A DNA stretch of 64,000 nucleotides from Desulfobacterales bacterium (GTDB taxonomy: Bacteria; Desulfobacterota; Desulfobacteria; Desulfobacterales; JAIPEE01). The notes beneath the pieces are model-generated. The model ran no database searches. It was not told the origin of the DNA and was given only the letters and a program-made list of their open reading frames with translations. The position numbers and the translations under genes were made by a program. Of the stretch, positions 39,235 through 47,280 are shown piece after piece. The DNA is taken from contig JAIPEE010000001.1 in assembly GCA_021737275.1 (NCBI GenBank), positions 115,686-179,685 on the forward strand, given 5' to 3'. Numbering within the stretch: position 1 is the first letter of the stretch; the number at the start of each line of letters is the position of its first letter.

Positions 39235-40254
39235 CTATTGGTGTGGAAAACCATTCTTATCAAAGGTTAAATCTGAAAATGCAAACATAAATTCATGTTC
39301 CTGGCTGCGGAAATGCCATTGATTCAGGTGGTTAAATCCTACCATCCGGCTAAGACTCGCAAAATCGAGCATCCAGCCATTCTCCCCTTTACGGAAAAAA
39401 TAAGGTGCACACTGCCGATTATTGACGGAGAATCGGATCACCGCAAGATTGCCCTCTTCATAGAGCTTGCCGTCATCTTTACATTTTATCAGATCCCGTA
39501 ATTCATTATCCTGCTGACCATCCGTTACCAGCCATTTTTCAAAAAACTTCCGTGTTTCCGGTGTATAAACTTCCAGATGAGGATCTTTAATATGATTTTC
39601 CAATATCGCCATGTATACTTCAAGTGTCAGTTGCGGTGTCGGCCGGCTCCCGAACATTTCTGCATTCTCGAGAGATTCTTTTCGGATACCTTCACTTCCG
39701 ATTTTTACGTCGGTTTTAGCGCCGGCACCACCTGACCAGTTATCTAAAACAGGCTTTTCCTCATCAGATATATAACCGGCATCATCAATCACTCCGAACG
39801 CTTTTGCAACAATCAGCTCTACAGTTGCCTCAATACCGGGCCCTACCTTTCCGGTCCGAAAAAAAGGTACCATCTGATCCCGCTCAATCCTTCCAATAAA
39901 GATATCCGTAAAAATGCCTTCAAGGTCATATCCTACTTCCATTCTGACCTGACCCCCGTGAGGATCAATAACCATCAAAACACCGTTGGCTCCGCGAGTA
40001 TTTTCACCCAGGTTATATTCATCGAACAGATCAATGGCAACCTGATCGATATCAGATGTGCCTTCTTTTAAAACGGTAACCTTAAGATGAATATCCAGCT
40101 TCTGAAACAGCTTTTCATAATAAGTGCTGATACGCCTGGTTTCATCGTCAGTTAATATTCCTGCACGATCATCAATAAATGCATTTGAAGCATCTTTACC
40201 GGAGCAACCGAGGATCAGTCCGGCAACCAAAATTGAGATACAAAAGTTTTTCAT
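39235..40254 (-). CDS. TPM-domain lipoprotein with extra C-terminal domain
   Basis: Lipobox LILGC/S. FIDDRAGILTDDETRRISTYYEKL resembles the start of a TPM (DUF477) domain. The stop is TAG. Confidence 0.5.
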   Translation of the reverse strand: MKNFCISILVAGLILGCSGKDASNAFIDDRAGILTDDETRRISTYYEKLFQKLDIHLKVTVLKEGTSDIDQVAIDLFDEYNLGENTRGANGVLMVIDPHGGQVRMEVGYDLEGIFTDIFIGRIERDQMVPFFRTGKVGPGIEATVELIVAKAFGVIDDAGYISDEEKPVLDNWSGGAGAKTDVKIGSEGIRKESLENAEMFGSRPTPQLTLEVYMAILENHIKDPHLEVYTPETRKFFEKWLVTDGQQDNELRDLIKCKDDGKLYEEGNLAVIRFSVNNRQCAPYFFRKGENGWMLDFASLSRMVGFNHLNQWHFRSQEHEFMFAFSDLTFDKNGFPHQ

Positions 40255-40304
40255 TTTATCAAAAGGATCTCTTATATGACAGGAAGTTAAACAACCAGAG
40301 ATAG

Positions 40305-40931
40305 TTATCGCTCTGTTGTAGCAAGTTTCAAGGCAAGTCCTATAAAAACCGTACCTGCAATCCGATTCATTATTTTCTGTACATTTTCTGATCGATTAAG
40401 CCATTGTCCCAAAGAACCGGCCAGCAAAGCAATACTGCCAAACACCAGTATCGTTGCGAAATTAAATATGCCGCCCAGCATTATGAGCTGCAAGGTTAAA
40501 GTGCCGCGTGCCGGATCTGCAAACTGTGGTAAAAAAGCTAAAAAGAAAATGGATACCTTGGGGTTGGTGATATTCATAATGATCCCGCGTCGATATAGTT
40601 TCCAAAAATCAGAATTACCGTTTTGGTCCGCTTTTATCTCTGTTGCTGATGAACGAAAGGCTTGCCATGCGAGATAAAGCAGATAGCCTGCACCAAAAAG
40701 TTTAAGTACTGTAAAAGCAATTGCAGACACCTGGAAAATAACGGCCACTCCGAATGCAACCGCCATGGTGTGGCCGACAAGCCCGGTACACAAACCAAGC
40801 GTCACAATCAGGCCCGACAGTTTTCCACGCAACGCTGATTGCGTCAAAACAAAGATATTATCCGGCCCTGGCGCAAGGGCAAGCAGAACAGATGCCATAA
40901 AAAATGTTGCCATAATTTCAATTGATATCAT
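40305..40931 (-). CDS. LysE/RhtB family amino-acid exporter
   Basis: 208 aa. N-terminal LAPGPDNIFVLTQSALRG is typical of LysE/RhtB. Confidence 0.75.
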   Translation of the reverse strand: MISIEIMATFFMASVLLALAPGPDNIFVLTQSALRGKLSGLIVTLGLCTGLVGHTMAVAFGVAVIFQVSAIAFTVLKLFGAGYLLYLAWQAFRSSATEIKADQNGNSDFWKLYRRGIIMNITNPKVSIFFLAFLPQFADPARGTLTLQLIMLGGIFNFATILVFGSIALLAGSLGQWLNRSENVQKIMNRIAGTVFIGLALKLATTER

Positions 40932-40958
40932 TATTAAATTTTCCTTTGAACTGACGCC

Positions 40959-41723
40959 TTAATACCGCAGTTTACATCCTTTTTGGAGCGTCACAAGTGT
41001 CAGTGTACTCACCAGGATAAAAAAGGCTGAAACAATAACCGCACTCACCATTACAGCGTGATCCGAAACGCCAAGGAAACCATATCGAAACCCGTCAATC
41101 ATATAAAAAAGCGGATTCAGCATGGAAACTTTTTGCCAGAAGCCCGGAAGAGATTTAATGGAGTAAAAAGATCCGCTCAGAAACGCCAGCGGCAGCACAA
41201 CAAAATTCTGAAACGCGGCAATGTGGTCCCATTTATCTGCCCATATGGCTGAAAGCAGGCCGAGAGAGCCCAAGACACCGCTGCCGATAAAAGCAAAAAA
41301 CAGAAGGATCCATATATTATAAATATCCGGTGTAATAAAAAAAACACAAATCAGAAATGCACTGATCCCCACCAGTACGCCCCTGACAATTGCCGCACAG
41401 GTATAGGCAATAAAAACTTCAAGGTTTGAAAGCGGCGCCAGCAGCATAAAAACAATGTTCCCGTTCAGTTTGGACTGGAAAAGGCTGGATGAATTATTGG
41501 CAAAGGCATTCTGGATTACCGACATCATCACCAGGCCGGGAACCAGAAAAAGAGTATATCCCACCCCGTCATAAATTTCCACATGCTCTGAAAGAACTGA
41601 TGCAAACACCAGAAGATACAGCAGTATCGTTATAACGGGCGTAACAATGGTCTGTATCGCCACTTTTAGAAACCGCCAAACTTCCTTGGAAAAAAGCGTA
41701 TACATCCCGCGCAGATTAATCAT
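40959..41723 (-). CDS. ABC-2 type transporter permease
   Basis: 254 aa, 6 TM helices, ABC-2 profile. 8-nt overlap with the ATPase gene. Confidence 0.7.
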   Translation of the reverse strand: MINLRGMYTLFSKEVWRFLKVAIQTIVTPVITILLYLLVFASVLSEHVEIYDGVGYTLFLVPGLVMMSVIQNAFANNSSSLFQSKLNGNIVFMLLAPLSNLEVFIAYTCAAIVRGVLVGISAFLICVFFITPDIYNIWILLFFAFIGSGVLGSLGLLSAIWADKWDHIAAFQNFVVLPLAFLSGSFYSIKSLPGFWQKVSMLNPLFYMIDGFRYGFLGVSDHAVMVSAVIVSAFFILVSTLTLVTLQKGCKLRY

Positions 41724-42636
41724 TATTCTCTCCTGTCAGTGATATAAAAATCTCTTCAAGCCCCGGCACTTCCGTTCGTAAATCGCTGAAAGAAACTTTG
41801 GCCGCATAAAGCGCCTCAAGAATATTCCCGATACGGTCCTTTTCCCTGTGGAGACGAAGTGTAACATTCCTGCCTTTAAAGGAAACGGCCATATCACGAA
41901 TCTTTTCCGGTAACGCCGAACTCGAATCCTTCAGTTCCAGATGCAGATAACTGTAGGGATAACGGGATAACAGGGATTTTGTGGTTTCATTGGCTATCAG
42001 TTTTCCATGATCGAGAATGGCAATCTTCTCACATAACGCCTCTGCCTCTTCAAGATAATGAGTTGTCAAAAGAATGGTGTGACCATCTCCATGAAGTTCC
42101 CTGGTAAACTCCCATAAAACCTTTCGAAGCTGAACATCCACACCTGCCGTCGGCTCATCCAGTACAACCACGCTGGGCTTATGGACAAGTGCCTGGGCAA
42201 TCAGCACGCGCCTTTTCATACCGCCGGAAAGTTTCATCATGTTTTCATCAGCTTTACCGCCAAGATCCAATCGTTCAAGCAGCTCGTCAATCCAGGGATA
42301 ATTTCCGGAACCGAGCCCGAAATAACCGGACTGAAGCCGAAGCATCTGCCTGGCCGAAAAAAACGGATCATAGGCCAGTTCCTGTGGTACGACACCAAGG
42401 GCATTTCTTGCCTTACGCCATTTTCGACGGACATCGTTTCCCATTACATCAATATTACCGTCACTGGCATGAGTCAGGCCGGCCATGATATTTATCAGCG
42501 TAGATTTTCCCGCACCATTGGGACCGAGAAGGCCGAAAAAACTGCCCTTGTCAATTGAAAAGTCCACATGGCTCAATGCTTTAAGAGAACCGTAATTCTT
42601 TGATATATCAGAAACCTTTACTGCCGGGATTGTCAA
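41716..42636 (-). CDS. ABC transporter ATP-binding protein (ABC-2/DrrA-like)
   Basis: GPNGAGKST, LSGGMKRR and VVLDEPTAG motifs. Confidence 0.85.
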   Translation of the reverse strand: MTIPAVKVSDISKNYGSLKALSHVDFSIDKGSFFGLLGPNGAGKSTLINIMAGLTHASDGNIDVMGNDVRRKWRKARNALGVVPQELAYDPFFSARQMLRLQSGYFGLGSGNYPWIDELLERLDLGGKADENMMKLSGGMKRRVLIAQALVHKPSVVVLDEPTAGVDVQLRKVLWEFTRELHGDGHTILLTTHYLEEAEALCEKIAILDHGKLIANETTKSLLSRYPYSYLHLELKDSSSALPEKIRDMAVSFKGRNVTLRLHREKDRIGNILEALYAAKVSFSDLRTEVPGLEEIFISLTGENND

Positions 42637-42756
42637 TTTTATAATCTCTCCATTTCTGTTTTTGTTTTTTGAAAACCAATAATGACATTATCATTTTAAA
42701 GTGACTTATGCCATATGTCCGGTAAAAAAAATTATATTGTTGAAAAGGTGGGGGGG

Positions 42757-42788
42757 ATCATAACCGGACCGGGACGTCCGGTTATGAT
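42757..42788 (-). terminator. 13-bp perfect hairpin downstream of the ATP-grasp::GNAT gene (possible terminator or operon boundary)
   Basis: atcataaccggac (42757-69) and gtccggttatgat (42776-88) with a 6-nt loop. On the minus strand it is followed by a C-run and then a T-rich tract, not an immediate U-tract. Confidence 0.35.
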
Positions 42789-42817
42789 ACTGATACGGAA
42801 GATCTTGTATTGCAGAT

Positions 42818-44452
42818 TTAAATTTTACCGGTTGATCGGGCTGTCAGCTCTTTTGTCGTCTTCCTGAATTCCTGTGGCAGCGTCTTACAGTAAACCATCT
42901 TGTTGTCTCCGGATGAATAGAAATCATTAAATGTCGCTTCAAGAAGATATCCATGCTTTTCGTAAAAAGCCCGTGTCCCTGAATACTGGGGTCTTGAGGC
43001 GGTTTCTACATATAGCCGTGAGCCACCGGCGGCCGAAACACTGTCTTCAACCTTTTGAAGCAGAATTTTTCCCAATCCTGCCCCCTGACAAGAAGGCTGA
43101 ACTGCAATCCAGAATAAATCATAGCTGGATGTTGTACACGCAACCGGCCCATAACACGAAAATCCCATAAGTGAATCTTGAAAATCTGCCAAAATAAAAT
43201 AATATCCGCTTTTACTTCCCCGCTGCAGAGAATCCTGAAGTATTTCACCGAGCACACTTTTTTCTGAAGGGAGAAAAAAGCCCGTATTATCAATCAGTGA
43301 ACGAACTTTAGAAACATCATCAGGATGAGGCTCATATCTCAGCATAATGCCATCCAACGAGAACTGCTGTGTTCCGGTATCCACAGAATCGGTTTGTGTA
43401 TCTGAGCGTTTGCTCTTACAGTATATATCTGGTGTTATGTATTCGCTTTTTGCTGAAAAAATAATTCGTTCAACAGCTTTCGCATATTTAATCCCGGCCA
43501 TATCAAGTGCAGCCGAAAAACCGGCATCTGGTGACAAACAGGGATTTGTATTTACTTCCAGTATCCATGGATTTCCTTTATGGTCCACCCGGAAATCAAC
43601 CCGGGCATACCCTTTCAACCCCATATTTTCCCAGCAACGTTTAGCCAGTGAAGTCATCGTTTTAAGTAATTCTTTGTCTTCGGCAGGGAAGTCAAATCGC
43701 CGGGGAGTATGGTGATATTCAAATGAACCCTCTTCCCATTTGGCCTTGTACCCGACAATGTGAAGCATATTTTCAGGATAATCTTCAAAAACAATTTCCG
43801 CTGGAGGCAATACCTGGACCTGACCGTTCTCATCCTGAAGCAGAGAGAGATTAAATTCACGCCCGTCAATATAACACTCAGCAAAGCACGCTCCCCCCAG
43901 GGATGGTGCATGTTTTTTCATAAGATCCAGAACGTCACGAATATTGCCATTTACTAACTTGTCTTCATCCAGACCCGACGAGGCATGATCACACAACGAT
44001 TTGATCAGCCAGCTGTTTTTTGAAAACGATCCGGCGCTTATTTCAGGCCGGTATATGCCCGGCAGGACCGGCGGCCAGGGCGGTATCCACTTGGGTGTCG
44101 GCAATCCGGTGGCCATCATCAGCTCCTTGGCCATTACCTTTTGAGAGGTAATTCTGATTGACTCAGCCGGCGAACCGGTATAACGCAACCCCATAGTGTC
44201 TAATAGTGACGGCACAACATCTATCAGGCGATCATGCCCTTCCAGTGATTCCACCAGGTTGAATACACAATCCGGTTTAGCTTTTTCCAGCGCATACTTT
44301 AATTCCAAAAGATTAAGATTGCAGGAAATACGGATTGCTTCATGACCCAGTTCTGTCAGTGCATCCGATACCGCATTAACCTGCATCAGTACATCCAGAT
44401 CATCCAGAGAGCTGTCCTCTTCAACAGCATTATAGACAACAACTATCCGCAT
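42818..44452 (-). CDS. fusion protein: Ddl-like ATP-grasp ligase (N-terminal ~330 aa) plus GNAT acetyltransferase (C-terminal ~160 aa)
   Basis: 544 aa. A pre-ATP-grasp/ATP-grasp region ends ...ARVDFRVDHKGNPWILEVNTNPCLSPDAG. The GNAT core is WIAVQPSCQGAGLGKILL...AFYEKHGY. Confidence 0.7.
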   Translation of the reverse strand: MRIVVVYNAVEEDSSLDDLDVLMQVNAVSDALTELGHEAIRISCNLNLLELKYALEKAKPDCVFNLVESLEGHDRLIDVVPSLLDTMGLRYTGSPAESIRITSQKVMAKELMMATGLPTPKWIPPWPPVLPGIYRPEISAGSFSKNSWLIKSLCDHASSGLDEDKLVNGNIRDVLDLMKKHAPSLGGACFAECYIDGREFNLSLLQDENGQVQVLPPAEIVFEDYPENMLHIVGYKAKWEEGSFEYHHTPRRFDFPAEDKELLKTMTSLAKRCWENMGLKGYARVDFRVDHKGNPWILEVNTNPCLSPDAGFSAALDMAGIKYAKAVERIIFSAKSEYITPDIYCKSKRSDTQTDSVDTGTQQFSLDGIMLRYEPHPDDVSKVRSLIDNTGFFLPSEKSVLGEILQDSLQRGSKSGYYFILADFQDSLMGFSCYGPVACTTSSYDLFWIAVQPSCQGAGLGKILLQKVEDSVSAAGGSRLYVETASRPQYSGTRAFYEKHGYLLEATFNDFYSSGDNKMVYCKTLPQEFRKTTKELTARSTGKI

Positions 44453-45461
44453 GGATGACCTCCTGCAGCTCAGGACCTGTCTTCACCCGTTTTATGGCTG
44501 ATGTCAGTATCCGGTCAATAAGCGTAATATATGGGATACCCAGTTTTGAACATAAAATCGGCAGATCGGAATGTTCCGGATGAAGCCCTGCCAGCGGATT
44601 AACTTCAATGAAGGACGGCGCGCTGTTTTCATCACACCGAATATCAACTCTTCCGCCGTCCCGGCAGCCAAGTACCCGCCATACAGAAAGTGCGAGGGCT
44701 TCCGCATCTGCAATAACAGGACTCATATCTGCCTTTACCAGCCTATACTCAACAAGTTCTTCACAACGCTCTTTATTAACATAAGAATATACATTCTTTT
44801 CAGCGCATGAAAGTAAAATGATCTCCAGGGTACCGACAACTTCGGCATCAGATCCGGTACCGATAATTCCTACCGTAAATTCACGTCCGGGCAAAAAACG
44901 CTCCACAATCAGGGGCGGTGTGTATTTTTCCAGAAGAAAACGACAAACATGGTCAAGTTGCTCCGGCTGATAAATGACCGAATTTTCTGTAATCCCTTTC
45001 CCTGTTCCTTCCGCAACAGGCTTTATAAAATAAGGCGGTTCAAATGTCACCCTGCCGGCATCTTCAATAGTATATATTTCATGAAACTCCGGTGTTGCCA
45101 GTCCTGCATCCCGGACCACCCGCTTGGTCATGCCTTTATGCAGGGAAAGTGCCATAACCAGAGGATCTGAAAAAGTATAGGGAATCCCATAAACATCCAG
45201 TATGGCAGGAATCTGGGCTTCACGGCCAATTCCCTTCAAACCCTCTGCGATATTAAAAACCAGGTCCCACCGATCTCCGCATGCAAGTCTTCCAATAAGC
45301 TCCTCAGCATTTCCAATAGGGTCTGCTTTGTGTCCAAGGCTTTCCAGGGCTTCTGCCAGCGATTCAATCGTATCCAACCGATCGAATTCGGCGGTTTCCT
45401 CTTCACTGTATCCCTTTGCCAGGTAAGCCTGGCGCAAATCATATGTCAGACCGATTTTCAT
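44430..45461 (-). CDS. D-alanine--D-alanine ligase-family ATP-grasp enzyme (substrates unknown)
   Basis: 343 aa. ...YFIKPVAEGTGKGI..., GREFTVGIIG and GGRVDIRCDENSAPSFIEVNPLAGL are ATP-grasp motifs. 23-nt overlap with the downstream fusion gene. Confidence 0.7.
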   Translation of the reverse strand: MKIGLTYDLRQAYLAKGYSEEETAEFDRLDTIESLAEALESLGHKADPIGNAEELIGRLACGDRWDLVFNIAEGLKGIGREAQIPAILDVYGIPYTFSDPLVMALSLHKGMTKRVVRDAGLATPEFHEIYTIEDAGRVTFEPPYFIKPVAEGTGKGITENSVIYQPEQLDHVCRFLLEKYTPPLIVERFLPGREFTVGIIGTGSDAEVVGTLEIILLSCAEKNVYSYVNKERCEELVEYRLVKADMSPVIADAEALALSVWRVLGCRDGGRVDIRCDENSAPSFIEVNPLAGLHPEHSDLPILCSKLGIPYITLIDRILTSAIKRVKTGPELQEVIHADSCCL

Positions 45462-45542
45462 TTTCCCCTCCGCTTAAAAATTAAAATCATATTTTTTTTA
45501 TTTTTGATGAGATCCGTATATTGCCCGATCCGGATACTTATG

Positions 45543-46853
45543 CTATAAAAAACCGTCATCATATCCGTCCGATCTGTCGGGATAACTGTAAAACTTATTT
45601 TTATAATTTTTAAAAATTATCTCTTCCTCATTACGGCTGCTGATATAATCCGGCATCAATGGAATTTTTCCACCGCCGCCGGGGGCATCTACCACGTATG
45701 TGGGCAGGGCATACCCGCTGGTGAAACCCCGTAAACCTTTGATAATTTCGAGACCTTTTGATATCGGCGTACGGAAATGGCCGGAACCCGCTATGGGGTC
45801 ACACTGATAGAGGTAGTAGGGACGTACACGCATTTTAAGAAGATGGTGAACCAGCGCTGTCATTGTTTCAACAGAATCATTGATACCTTTAAGTAAAACG
45901 GTCTGAGACCCAAGGGGTATTCCGGCATCTGCTAACATTTTACAGGCACGATAGGCTTCGGGTGTACACTCATCCGGGTGGGTAAAGTGGAGACTCATCC
46001 AGAGGGGGTGGAATTTTTTAAGCATTCGGACAAGTTCCGGTGTTATCCGCTGTGGGAGTACAGCCGGCACTTTTGTGCCGATCCGGATAATCTCCAGGTG
46101 AGGAATCTGCCTCAGGTTGCCGAGCAGCCAGGACAAACGTTCCTCATGCATCGTCAGCGGGTCACCGCCGGATACAATCACATCTCTTATGGCAGGTGTG
46201 TTTTTAATATACTCAAGGCCCTTTTTAAGAGAGTTCAAAGACAGATTCATCTTTCCGTTTCCTACTGCTCGTGAGCGGGTACAGTAACGGCAATAGGTTG
46301 AGCAGTAATCCGTTACCATGAACAGCGCTCTGTCCGGATACCGGTGAACGATGCCGGGTACGGGGCTCTGATCATCTTCGCATAGAGGATCATTGCTTTC
46401 GCAGGGCATATAATTATATTCATATTTCGTAGGCACAACTGACCGTCTTAACGGGTCCTGCGGATTATCCACAGCAAGCAAACTCATATAATACGGTGTA
46501 ATAGACAGCGGAAGCGACCTGTCTACAGAAATTGACTCCGCTTGTGAAAGCGTCAGATAACTTTTCAATTCATCAAGGCTGCGTATTGAATTTCGAATCT
46601 GCCAGCGCCAGTCATTCCATAATTTATTTGGTACTTCAGGGTAATATGTGCGTCTGAACAGAACTGTTTTGGGACTGCTTCCCGGTTTAAGTGGAATTTT
46701 TAGAGATGTTTTTTTACTTAACTGCAGACATGGCAGGACTACTTCATGCCGAGCTTCATCGGGCAATGGTATTTCAGAACTATCAGGAGGGTCCTCATCC
46801 TGCTCATCAGCAACATCTTTTTCCACGAACTTGACATCCATCAGTGGTGCCAT
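45543..46853 (-). CDS. kamA: lysine 2,3-aminomutase (KamA/AblA-family radical SAM, PLP-dependent)
   Basis: CSTYCRYCTRS radical-SAM site and VVDAPGGGGK PLP-lysine motif. Both Asp residues that bind the lysine epsilon-amine in Clostridium LAM are present (YQCD and VVDAPGGGGK contexts). There is a ~65-aa acidic/Pro-rich N-terminal extension. The stop is TAG. Confidence 0.85.
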   Translation of the reverse strand: MAPLMDVKFVEKDVADEQDEDPPDSSEIPLPDEARHEVVLPCLQLSKKTSLKIPLKPGSSPKTVLFRRTYYPEVPNKLWNDWRWQIRNSIRSLDELKSYLTLSQAESISVDRSLPLSITPYYMSLLAVDNPQDPLRRSVVPTKYEYNYMPCESNDPLCEDDQSPVPGIVHRYPDRALFMVTDYCSTYCRYCTRSRAVGNGKMNLSLNSLKKGLEYIKNTPAIRDVIVSGGDPLTMHEERLSWLLGNLRQIPHLEIIRIGTKVPAVLPQRITPELVRMLKKFHPLWMSLHFTHPDECTPEAYRACKMLADAGIPLGSQTVLLKGINDSVETMTALVHHLLKMRVRPYYLYQCDPIAGSGHFRTPISKGLEIIKGLRGFTSGYALPTYVVDAPGGGGKIPLMPDYISSRNEEEIIFKNYKNKFYSYPDRSDGYDDGFL

Positions 46854-47109
46854 CTTTATTTCTCCTTTTTGCGTCTGTCTTTTCGCCTTGGTCCGGTTTA
46901 TCTGATCCGGTTCGGGGGTAGGATCGAATCGCTGAAATGAATTAAGGTTCCGGTTGCCTTAACCTGTCAAGGCATATCCGTTTTCAGGTTTATGAAACCA
47001 ATGAACCTTTTTTAATATTAAATCAAGAAAAAAATGCAGGACGACAATTAATTTAACATACTGTAATTTAAATAAATATTTAAATAGTCAAATTTTTTTT
47101 TAAAGTACG

Positions 47110-47138
47110 TTGCAAACCCGGCTTCGGAAGTGTATTAT
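47110..47138 (+). promoter_or_regulatory. putative sigma-70 promoter of mtbB (TTGCAA-17 nt-TATTAT)
   Basis: ttgcaa at 47110-15, a 17-nt spacer, and tattat at 47133-38. This predicts a ~135-nt leader before GGGGAGG-ATG. Confidence 0.4.
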
Positions 47139-47280
47139 TTTTCCCGGCCTGAGAATAACATGGCGACTGTATTATTATGAACCGGCATCTTGCAAAATCA
47201 CCAACATGCGGATTTGGGTAAAACTCAAATGCGTATTAAACATATATTCAGCATAACAACCGGTTTTTAAGGGGAGGATC

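Noticed and set aside
44430-46853. The KamA-family radical SAM and Ddl-like ATP-grasp genes as non-annotated pylB/pylC.
   Set aside because: The aminomutase has the PLP-lysine GGGGK motif and KamA architecture, whereas PylB belongs to a different, non-PLP radical-SAM clade. The ATP-grasp proteins do not resemble PylC as I recall it. There is no PylD, pylS or pylT nearby. A fused GNAT has no place in Pyl synthesis.
46900-46960. A possible tRNA (including tRNA-Pyl) suggested by ggatcgaatcg, which resembles part of archaeal tRNA-Pyl and T-loop-like strings.
   Set aside because: No cloverleaf can be drawn, and no CTCTAAA (CUA anticodon loop) occurs on either strand. The acceptor-stem complementarity is absent.
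47179-47195. A sigma-54 promoter upstream of mtbB (cggcatcttgca).
   Set aside because: The GG and GC elements are only 8 nt apart instead of the required ~12-nt register. The match is not compatible with -24/-12 spacing.
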